DNA of 63,744 bases, filler included, from Chiloscyllium plagiosum (Eukaryota): the NCBI RefSeq assembly GCF_004010195.1. It is 4 parts of one record of this genome, joined end to end, with 100 filler letters (N's around TTAATTAATTAA, not from the genome) between each part and the next. Parts side by side here need not be neighbours in the genome. Positions count along the whole stretch, not along the records: positions 50,503 to 63,744 come from NC_057710.1; 3 more parts are not named here. The stretch is one strand, 5' to 3'. Of the stretch, positions 52,890 through 63,744 are shown one piece after another. The stretch's first letter is position 1; each line of letters starts with the position of its first letter. Both the position numbers and the translations under genes were made by a program. The notes under the pieces are model-generated. The model did not search any database and was not told the DNA's origin. It worked only from the letters and a program-made list of their open reading frames with translations.

Positions 52890-53545
52890 AAGGATGTAAG
52901 GAAAGTAGAATGCCAGGCACTAATCATCTCCTACAAGAGAAAATCTAACCATCACTTTTTCAATGGCATCACCTAATACCAACCCCTTACCTTCAGCATC
53001 TAGTGATTATCATTAACCAGAAATTGAAGAGGATCAACAATAGAAGTGCACTGCTACAATAGCAGGTCACAGGCTGGGAATTCTGTTGTAAGTCACTCCT
53101 CTCTTGACTCGCCAAAGCCTGGCTGCCCTGTACAAGGCACAAGTCAGGAATGCAACAGAATGTTGTCCTCTTGCTTGGATGAATGCAGCTTCAAAAACAC
53201 TCCAAAGCTTGACGCAACCTGGACAAAGCAGCTTGTTTAATCAATATCCCATCTACTACCTTGAACATTCACTCTCTCCATCAGCTGCAAGATACACTGC
53301 AGCAACTAGCAAAGCCTCCTCCGACAGGACCGTTCAAACTCAAATTCAGACACAATAAGTCCAGGGAAGCAATTGCATGGAAACATCAAGAGCCGCTTTA
53401 ACCCTCACATCATCCTGACTTGGAATTGTATCACTCACTGATGCTGAGTCAAAATCCTGGGGCTCCATCTCTATTAGTGTTAGTGCACCTACATCAAATG
53501 CACTGTAGTGGATTAAAAAGACAGTTCAGCACCACCTTCCCAAGA
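52890..53545 (+). mobile_element. Second CR1/L2-group LINE family 3' part
   Basis: LYKAQVR..ECCPLAWMNAA. Confidence 0.8.
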
Positions 53546-54056
53546 TGTGGTGATTTACTTTAAGGCTGGCAAACCGAATATTATGCTGCCTGATATGGGC
53601 AAGATTTGTTACCACCTTTGTGACTGTCTGGTACCCTCTACTTGTTAAGCAGTGGCATGGCTAACAAAAGTGAGAGGCGAGTGGGCCTTCGTGTCAGTTG
53701 GGAGTGCTAAGAATAGTGGAGTTTGGCTATAGGTCAAATTACAGCATAAATCATAACTCATGCCATTGTGTCCATGTTAAATGAGAGCAAATCTCACTTG
53801 ACAAGTCCAGGCAAGTGTGCCTTTATTTAGAGGTAGGACATCAAAAGAAGTTGGAAATTGTCCTGTGGTGCAACCTCACCTGCCTGGCAACCATAATAAA
53901 CACAAATAGTAGAATTTCCACAGTTCACATTTTGAGTGTCAACCCCAATGCTTCTTAATACGTAAGTGGTTGAATAATCTCAAGCACAGGCAACTCAGTA
54001 ATTCTCTTCCTTTGATCCTTTAAATATTGACTTGTACATTCAGGTATCACTGAGTG

Positions 54057-54149
54057 TTCCTGATGAAGGATTTATGCCCGAAACGTCGACTCCCCTGCTC
54101 CTTAGGTGCTGCCTGACCGGCTGTGCTTTTCTAGCACCATACTCTCAAT
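54057..54149 (+). mobile_element. Short family-A hammerhead insertion (another degraded copy at 54498-54621)
   Basis: CTGATGA...GAAACGTC; TSD ACTGAGTGTTC. Confidence 0.85.
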
Positions 54150-57100
54150 ACTGAGTGTTCTGACACCTCTTCTGTACATCTGCATTAATGACTGCAAAAT
54201 TTGAGAGCTAGCTAAGAAAAAGTGAAGACATCCATATAATAGCATCTTACTTTAAACTTATTGTGATACAGCTTTTGCCATTTTCTGATGGAATGCAGAT
54301 TTTCAGCACCTTTGAATCACCTATGGAAAATTTGTATCATTCACATTACAGGCACAGATAGGGTGGAACATGTCAATTTTTAAACTTCGTAGTGTCCCAG
54401 TTGTGCTACATTCCAAGCTAAAAAATTAAAAGACTGCGATTTCTGAGGTAAAATATTCTAGGTTGATCCATGACTCCATCCGAAGAGTAGGACAGTCATC
54501 AAGGGCTTATGCCCAAAACATTGACTCTCATGCTCCTCAGATGCTGCCTGGCCTGCTGTGCTTTTCCAGTGCCACACTTTTTGATTCTAATTCTCCAGCA
54601 TCTGCAAACCTCACTTTCTCCATAGCTCCATCCCCATAGTTATAAATTTCAATCTCCAAAATGTCATCCTATTTGCAATTTCATCAGCAACATTTGTCAC
54701 ACTGAGATTATTGAGGGTTTAATCAAGCCGAAAGTGTCTCCAGACTTTTGAAAAATGAGAAAATGATAAAATCGAAACATATAAAATCTTTACAGGTTGC
54801 TGTAGATAGAATGTTTCTCCAGTTAGTGATTCTAGGACCAAGGGACTTAATGTTAGAATAAGGGATAGGCCATTTAAGACTGAGATGAGGAGGAATTCCT
54901 TTACTCAAAGCATGGTCAATCTTTAGAATTCATTATCCCAGAGGCTGTGGAAATCCAGCCATGGAGCATGGTCAAGACAGAAATCAATAGGTTTCTGGAT
55001 ATAAATGACATTACGGGATATGGAAATATAGCAGGAAAGTAGCTTTGAGGTAGATGATTAGCCATTATCTAATTGAATGATGGGACAAGCCTGTGGGCCG
55101 AATGGCCAGTGTTTTGATGGTGTATGCATGCACTTCTAACAATTACTGCCACACACTTTGATACCAGTACTTCCATTTTAAGAACTCCAAACTGTGATCT
55201 ATGTTCTCTCTGAACATCACCTATCTAAACATAATCTCAGTAGCTTGAAATACTATCCCACCAACATCCCCAACCCCTCTTAGGGGACTATCTAAAGGGA
55301 TTCTCAACAACTTATTGGTTAGTTACAGCATTATTTTGTCTGGTCATTGCTGAGTTTTGAGAGGGTGAAGGGAAGCATACAAATGGTAGACACAAGGGCT
55401 CCTGAGGCACAATGTTAGTGTCCCTATCTCATAACACATCTGACAAGTTGATTAAGAAACAAATATTTTTAATATGGTAGTCATATATCCTGATTGACAG
55501 AGATTGCTCATAGGTGAGTAATTGGGGCGGGGGGTGGAGTTTGCTAAATTAAGCATTAATTGATGTAAGTGATGAAATAAACAGGACATTGCATTTGAAA
55601 TCATACTCCTGAATTGACACTTCATATAAGGTCACTCAAACTCCTCCTCCCGTTGCATCCGTATTCTTAGGGCTACACTCTTGAATTAGTCTTCACCAAC
55701 AATTCTTGTCACTGTCCTTTTGAAAACGTGTTTCATGAGGATATAGAACATCTTTCTTTCTTTCTATAAACCTCTCTGACCAAGATCTTGTCTACAGTAT
55801 CCAAAGGTCTTAATGCATCCTCTGTCATGGTCAGCCATTGTTGAATCTTTCACAGCATACTATTCAAAATTACCTCAGCACCACTAGCAGGCAGCTTCCC
55901 TTTAAGAGGTGCAGACTAGCTTTAAGTAATGGTCAGCACACATTGTACTGAGCCCCCAGCTGATGCACACCGCCCAGAGTGTGCTGAATATTTGCAGAAA
56001 TGAGTAAATTAAACAAAATTGCTCTCCTGCCTGCAGTACAATCAACAGGCAACCCTGTTTTTGGAGTTGTCCAAAATTAAGTCCCTAAGATCTCTTGCCA
56101 AGACTCAACCATGTACATTTTAGTTTTATAATAACAGATAGATCCAAATTAATTCTAACTTTCAGAACTATAAAGTTATCAATGAGCAATAGCAATTTAA
56201 TGTGTTGCACAAAGAAGAGAACCAAAACAACCTGATTGGATTTACTTGGATACCATTGACTGAAACCTAACCATGGGAAATCCAGTGAATTTTCTCATTC
56301 ATTCAGGGAATGTGGGTATCACTGGCTGGGCCAACATTGAATACCCATCCTCAATTACCCCATAGAAGATGGATAGGAGCCACATCCTTGAACTAATGTT
56401 GTTCATTTGTTTAAGGAAGACCCACCATGCTGCTGGCAAGTGAGTTCCAGGCGTTTGACCCAGCAACAGTGAAGGAACAGCAAAATGTTTCAAAGTCAGA
56501 ATTGTAAGTGGCTTACAGGGGAACTTGCAGGTGACCCCCTTTATCTGCTGCCCTTATCATTTCACATAGTAGGGGTCATTGACCCATCAAACCTATCTGA
56601 TGATCCTTGGGAAATTTCTGAGGGCACAAGCTGCTATGAATTCAAGCCGAAAATTGAAGAGACAAAAGCATCTAAACTTTGAATTTCTTTTGAAACTTTA
56701 GAAATGTGTAATTAAAAGTCTTAAAAAATTCAAGTCTAACATCCTACCTTAAAGCATAAAACAGTCAATGTTATAAATTGACAAAATAATCAACATCACA
56801 TATAAAACATTGTCAATTACTTGAACATTTTCTATGCTGAGTATCAACTTTGTTTTAAACGTGTTCTTAAAGCTGCATGATTTCCTATTTAGTGTTAAAT
56901 TCTGAGACATTTGGAACAAGTTAATTGTGAAATTAGCAATCTACATGAGTTCATTGAACACTTGCATATTCTCTAAAATTGTAAGAGTGTGATTTATATA
57001 AATTTACATTCCACTGTGATGTTTATCAAATTCTGTTTGATTATGCTCCTATGAAACTCCTTCAAACATTTTATTTCATTGAAGGCATTCTGTAAATGAG

Positions 57101-58261
57101 AGTCCTTGTTGTTGTTATCGTTGTTATGTGGTCACTTGTTTGTGCTTGAACTGAATTTCCATTTAGTAATAGGTTTTGGCAAACAGTTCTACAACAGTCA
57201 CTGTTTGAGTAAGGTGCTTTCCATTCATTTCAATGAAAGTAAAACTAGGCAGATTCATTGACAGACACTTTGTCTTTCCCTATGTTCAATATTCCCTGCA
57301 AAGAGTTTGTTTTGCATCCTTGCATTCAATATGGTTGTATAGTTGTTCTTGAAATAAATGAGAGCTTTGTGATCAATGGGAGTTAATGGAAGGTAAATAG
57401 CACTATTTAGATTTCACCACAATCTTAAATGACTTATGTTGATCATCTCAAGAAAGCTTTTGAAAATTTAAGGAGCTCAAGACCACAATGGAAGTTTGGG
57501 ATCTATCATTTGTCCTTCTGGACTTTTTTTCTGCTCTTTAACTTTTGTAATGATTTTAGTTGCCATAAAGTTTTGTCCTCAGAGTTCAACAACTGCCACA
57601 TTTTACAATAATTTTGCTTCTGTGAACAATTCCATATAGAGGTCCTGCAAGCTTAATCATTTCAGGAGTAAGACAAGCAGTGATGGCTGCTGCCACTTCA
57701 GTATGCAAGGACCATGTCCACATGCAATCATTTTCCCACACGTTAACAAAGACAAACACTCACACTCACGCTTTCAACACAACTAAGAGTGTCATGGAAA
57801 AAATATTTCACAAATCCCAATACAAACAAAGCGGTCCCATTTTCATTGGGACAGGAATGGTGTTGGTCAAGAATCACACATGCAGATGCAGGAGTCCTGA
57901 GTTCTTCACCTGGTGGATACTTGCTGAGTTGTCATAATAGGTGTGAGGGCAAAGGATGGTGAGAGGGTAGGGAAAAGGATTCACTGAACTGGTATAGGGG
58001 CTCGAAGTAGACTTTGGGGTTGCGTAGAAAGGCATCAGGAAAGAGTATATAATGGGCTACAGCAGTGGTTAGTGGGGCTTAAGATGACATGGACAGCCTT
58101 AGGGGCTGTTGGGGATGCGTATCAGGCATGTATTGACAAGAGATGGCATGGATGGGGCATAGATGGGGCATTGGGAGTATGTGAGGCTGAGGAGTTGTGA
58201 AGGGTAAGGATTATTTTATGCTTTAAATTTTTTTGATGTTTAAGACCATGCCACTGCAGAG

Positions 58262-59790
58262 TTTAAAAAAAACCACACAACTCCAGGTTAGAGTCCAACA
58301 GGTTTATTTTAGAAGTACAAGCTTTCAGAGCGCTGCTCCTTCATCAGGTAGCTTGTGGGGCAGGATCATAGGACACAGAATTTATAGTAAAAAATCAAAG
58401 TGTCAAACAACTGATGCGATTTATTGAACAATCTAAATTGCTGTTAAGTCTTTAATCACTCAGAATTGGGGTGCAGGTTTCGAGTGATTAATTTGTAAAT
58501 CCCAGAACTTCTTTCAAGTCATTGACTGATCAGCAATCTAGGTTTGTTCAATAAAGTCAGTGGCTTGAAAGAAGTTCTGGGATTTACAAATTAATCACTC
58601 GAAACCTGCACCCCAATTCTGAGTGATTAAAGACTTAACAGCAATTTAGGTTGTTCAATAAATCGCATCAGTTGTTTGACACTTTGATTTTTTACTATAA
58701 ATTCTGTGTCCTATGATCCTGCCCCACTAGCTACCTGATGAAGGAGCAGCACTCCGAAAACTTGTACAATGAACATTATAGTACAGGAACAGGCTCTTCG
58801 GCCCTCCAAGCCCGCGCTGATCCAGATCCTATATCTAAACCGGTCATCTATTTTCCAAGGATCGGTATCCCTCTGCTCATTCATGTATCTGTCTAGATGT
58901 ATCTTAAATGACAATATTGTGCCTGCCTCTACCACCTCCGTTGACAACGTATTCCAGGCACCCACCACCTTCTGCATAAAGAATTTTCCACGTATATCTC
59001 CCTTAAACGTTTCCTTTCTCACCTTGAACTCATGACCCCTAGTAATTAAGTCCCTCATTCTGGGAAAAAGCTTCTTGTTATCCATCCTGTTTATACCCCT
59101 CATGATTTTGTGGACTGCAATCAGGTCCCCTCTCAACCTCAGTCTTTCTAATGAAAATAATTCTAATCTACTCTACTTCTCTTCATAGACAGCACCCTCC
59201 ATAACAGGCAACATCCTGGTGAATCTCCTCTGTACCCTGTCCAAAACATCCACATCCTTTTGGTCATGGGAAGACCAGAACTGTATGCAGTATTCCAAAT
59301 GTGTCCTAACCAAAGTCTTCTACAACTGCAACATGACCTACCAATTCTTTTACACAATACTCCATGCGATGAAGGAAAGCGTGCCATATGCCTTCTTGAC
59401 CACTCTATCAACCTGAGTTGCTATCTTCAAGGTACAACAGACCTGAACATGCAGATCTCTCTGGGCATCAATTTTCCCCAGGGCTTTTCCATTTACCGTA
59501 TAGTTCGCTCTTGAATTGGATCTTCAAAATGCATCACCTCGCCCAGATTGAACTCCATCTGCCATTTCTCTGCCCAACTCTCCAATCTATCCATCTATAT
59601 TCTGCTGTGTCTCTGACAGTCCATTCACTATCTGCTACTTCACCAATCTTAGTGTCATCTGCAAACTTGCTAATCAGACGACCTGTATCTTCCTCCAGAT
59701 CATTTATGTACTTCCAAATAAACCTGTTGGACAAAATCTGGTGTTGTGAGATTTTTAATTTTGTCCCCTCCAGTGCACCAGCACCTTCAC
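58262..59790. mobile_element. Family-B inverted pLTR pair with two hammerheads (58319-58347 -, 58735-58763 +), interrupted by CR1
   Basis: ~205-bp inverted arms; element resumes at 59711. Confidence 0.88.
58768..59710 (-). mobile_element. CR1 LINE 3' portion
   Basis: YINDLEE..KFADDTK through 3'UTR; similar to 40393-41580. Confidence 0.93.
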
Positions 59791-61009
59791 ACCATTGCAC
59801 AGAGACCTCTGTGCCCAGTAGCTTCCATTCCTGGTCTAGCCTGATTTCAAAGTGGCTGGTCCTGTACCAAATAGCTGGCATATGGGCAGCCATTTTTAAA
59901 AGTGAGGTTCACAGAACCTGGACTTAACTCTGAGCTCCCAACGTGCAGGCAAACATCAGGCCTTGGAATTGTGCGAATGGTTCCCCACTCCCTTGCATCC
60001 CATCCAAACAACATCATACACATAGCATCACAGGAATGTTGCTCCAGTTTCCAATGATACAGGTACTTTGGCTTCCAAGGAAGGTCATAAACCATTTAAA
60101 GTCAGTTTTTGCCACATTAAATTGTTGCTAGGCAGCATGTGGCCTAGGTTTCATAGATGTTCATATACTCTGGTGCTTGTAATCATAAAAGAAAAGAGAT
60201 GTATTGACTCATATTTGAATCAGAATTGACTCAGAGATAGGGTCACATAAGTATGCAGCTGCTTGCAGTAGTGGGTGGGAAAAGGTGCAGCTAAAAGACA
60301 TACACTCAGAAGAAAGGGTTTAATGAGTCAATCAGATAATTCACCTCACAAATTTTACTTGCAGATTACGGCAATTTTACTCCAACTCCCAACCACACCA
60401 GCCAGCAAGAACTTATTCAGAGACTGCCTTTGCATTAATATCATGACCACAATTTTACATGATTGACATTTTGGCACTACTTTGGTAATTAGCATTATAT
60501 TGACAGCCCTATCTACTGACATGACTTCAAGATGTTGTGACTATGCACTGGGTCCTTGTCTGTAGATATATCATTGCAACCCAGTCAGGAAGGGCGAATT
60601 ATTCTTTAAAATAAAAATAATACTACAGATACTAGCAAAACAAAACAAAAACATAAATTGTTGGAGACACTCAGCAGCATCTGTGCAGAGAAAACAGAGT
60701 GAAAGATTTGAGTCCAGTGACTTCATCTGAACTAATTCCTTTTCTTGTCTCATTCCTCCAGTGACCACAACAACGTTTGAATTTAAATTGAAAGGTGATA
60801 TTGCCAATTGTTTGTTAAATTGTGTGTTGCTCAGTATGGGATGAAAGTCAATCAGATTTATTAACATAACAAATAGAGGAATAGTTTATTGCAAAGGAAA
60901 TTTACTTCAGCAAAGATTATCAAAAGATTTAAAATATGCAAATATGTCCCACTATCTATGAAAAATAACACAAACACAAATTCCTCCAAACCTGAAAAAC
61001 ATAAAAATT

Positions 61010-61140
61010 CATTCCTGATTAAGGGTTTTTGCCCAAAATGTCAACTCTCCTCCTCCTCAGATGCTGCCTGACCTGCTGTGCTTTTCCAGCACCATACTCT
61101 CAACTCTAATCTCTAGCATCTGCAGTCCTCACTTTTGCCA
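61010..61140 (+). mobile_element. Degraded family-A pLTR insertion
   Basis: ATTCCTGATTAAGGGTTTTTGCCC; AAACATAAAAA duplication. Confidence 0.8.
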
Positions 61141-61171
61141 AACATAAAAAATTTGCAGAGCATTACCTTAA

Positions 61172-62900
61172 AGTAACAAAACAGAAATTGTTGTAGTAAC
61201 TCAGCAGGTCTAGCAGACTCTGTGAAGACAAAGCAGAGGTAACGTTTCAGGTTCAGTGACCTCCCTTCAGAGTTGATTGTAGCTTGGAAAAGGTGGTCTA
61301 TATACTGAAGCTGGTGGAAGGGTGGGAAAAAAGTGAATGATAGGTAGAGTTGGAACATAGAGAGAGAGAACAGCAATTGGGCACATCAAGGAATGGATTG
61401 TAATGAGCCGGGGGAAAGAAAAGCTGATAATGGGGACCAAAGCAGCCCATGTGATGACAAGGTAAAAACAATGACTGCAGATGCTGGAAACCAGATTCTG
61501 GATCAGTGGTGCTGGAAGAGGACAGCAGTTCAGGAAGCATCTGATGACAAGGCCTGGTTATGGGGGCTGGGGAAGGACATGGGAGAAAATGCTCAGGCCC
61601 TCAAATTACTGAGCTTAATATTGAGTCCTGAAGGCTGCAGGTCCCAAATGGAAAAGGAGAAGCCATTCTTCAAGATCGCACTGAGTCTCCTGGAGCACTG
61701 TAGCCAGCCTGAGACAGAGATTTGGCCAGGAGCACGGTGATGTGTTGAAGAGACAAGAGCAACAGGAAGCTCAGGTCTTCATTTTTACAGGCAGAATGTA
61801 AATGTTCTGCAAAGCGGTTGCCCAGTCTGAGCTTCCCCAATGTAGAAGAGACCACATTGTGAGCAGGGAATACAATATACTAGACCAAATGATGTGTATT
61901 TAAATTGCTGCTTCACCTGGAAGGTGCGTTTGGGCCTTTGAGAGGGGACGAAGTAAAGAGGCAGCTATTGCACTTTCCATAATTGCAGGGAGCAGTAACC
62001 TGGAGGATATGGTCTCTATAGAAGGCTGACAAGGAACTGGAGAGGAATATATGTCTGATGGTGGCATCTCACTCGAGGGGGCAGAAATGGTGGCTGATCT
62101 TTTGGATGTAGATGCTGGTGGGGTGGAAGGTGAAGACTAGGGTCATCCTATTGGTGTTGTGTGAGGGAAGAGAGGGAGTGAGGGCAAAGGTGTGGGAAAA
62201 GGATCAGACAGCTGAGGGCCTTGTCAACCATAGTGGTGGGAAATCCTTGGTTGAGGAAAGAGGTAGACATTTCTGAGGTCGCCTGTGTAATGTGGCATCA
62301 TCCAGACAGATGCAACAGAGATAGAGAAACTGGGAGAATGGAGTCTTTACAGGAGGCAGGAGGTGAGGATATATAGTCAAGCTAAATGTGGGATTCGGTG
62401 TGTGTATACTGGATATTGGTGGCCAGCCTCTCCCCAGAAATGGAAACAGAGATGTTGAGGAAGGAAAGGGAAGAGTCAGAGATGAGCCAGGTGAAGCTAA
62501 TGGCAGGATGGAAATTGGAAGCAAAACTGATAACTTTTTACAATTCCAGACAAGAGAAGGAAGCAGCACGATGATGTCACTGGAGAAAGTGTTGTGGGTG
62601 GGGACTGGAATAGGACTAGGACAAGGAATATTGCACGTACCCCACAAAGAGACAGGCATAGCTTGGGCATGTGCAGGTACCCATGGCCACATTTTGACAT
62701 GAGAAAATGAAAAGTTAAGGGAGAAGTTGTTCAAAGTGAGAACAGCTTCGGCCAGGCAGAGGAGGGCAGTGATGAATGGAGATGGTTCAGGCCTTTATTT
62801 CCAGGAAAAAACTGAGACCCTAAGACCATCCTCATGAGGGATGGCCATGTAAAGGGATCGCAAGTTGACGGTAAAGAGGAGGCGGACTGGAAATTCTGAA
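61172..62900 (-). mobile_element. Degraded Penelope-like element, family C, hammerhead at 61241-61270; family-A fragment nested at 61463-61541
   Basis: LGNRFAEHL (GIY-YIG), PFSQFLYLCCIC, AMGT-like RT motif; CTGAAGG..AGGT/ACCT-GAAAC-GTT. Confidence 0.85.
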
Positions 62901-63474
62901 ACTTACATAAAGTGTTGTAAGAATCATAGATGTATGTGGGAAGGGAACAAACAAGACGAGGAAAACTTGAGTTAAGTTAAGAAGTCATTAGATCCATGGG
63001 CAGCAACAGGCAGACTCAGTTAATCTGCCCAGGCAGTCCTACTGGGAATTTTAAAATATTATAATATTGTGGATTACCTTAAAATACCTTGATATGTAAC
63101 ATTTACATTAAAAGAAGACATTCAAAAATTGTTCAAATGCTAGTCAGCAACCAACATCAATTTCATCACAAACAATCAGCACTGAGAATTATTTCTGGAA
63201 CAGTTATAGCTTGTTGAAATCTCTTTTCCTGGAGACAGCAATTCAGTTTCAGATGTCTCCTTTTAGAACCCTCCATTTACAGTGATGAGAACTTTCAGTG
63301 GGTTTAATGAGAGAGAGAAGGAAAAGGTAAGTTTCCTGACTATGTTCAAAAAATAAATTAAACATCCATAAACTGATTGGTTTAGAAGATGCTGTTTAAG
63401 AAACCTTGATGAATTTCTGTAATATTTGTTGTCGACAGTATACACTGATGTTACTGAGTGCCAGTGGTAAAGGG

Positions 63475-63744
63475 ACAATAGACAATAGACAATAGGTGCA
63501 GGAGTAGGCCATTCTGCCCTTGGAGACTGCACCACCATTCAATATGATCATGGCTGATCATCCTTAATCATTATCCTGTTCCTGCCTTATCTCCATAACC
63601 CTTGATTCCACAATCCTTGAGAGCTCTATCCAACTCTTTCTTAAATGAATCCAGAGACTGGGCCTCCACTGCCCTCTGGGGCAGAGCATTCCACACAGCC
63701 ACCACTCTCTGGGTGAAAACGTTTCTCCTCATCTCTGTCCTAAA
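63475..63744 (-). mobile_element. Young CR1 3' end, runs off window
   Basis: (ACAATAG)n tail and 3'UTR. Confidence 0.9.

Noticed and set aside
1..63744. CRISPR array, tRNA or rRNA genes
   Set aside because: Recurring short repeats are dispersed retroelement termini, and tRNA-like boxes are SINE heads

Overview
Vertebrate genomic DNA, very probably an elasmobranch (shark), judging by HE1/V-SINEs and shark-type CR1 and Penelope repeats. No intact host gene is recognisable and most ORF-track entries are repeat-derived or spurious. The window is a nested stack of CR1-group LINEs, an RTE LINE, Penelope-like elements (PLEs), tRNA-derived SINEs and LTR fragments, plus four assembly gaps. Main finding (inferred from manual translation, no database search): the A-rich unique patches between the repeats read on the + strand as colinear, heavily decayed pieces of a segmented negative-strand RNA virus (Bunyaviricetes-like) L polymerase gene. 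The order is putative endonuclease (~0.65 kb), RY/motif G (~2.4 kb), motif F (~8.65 kb), motifs A-E and PxPLGG (14.5-15.2 kb), then C-terminal-like pieces to ~45 kb. This would be an ancient, possibly near-complete L-segment endogenous viral element. Secondary findings: about a dozen PLE-associated minimal hammerhead ribozymes in three covarying families, a Gmr1-type Gypsy fragment inside a young CR1, and a 528-bp tandem duplication.
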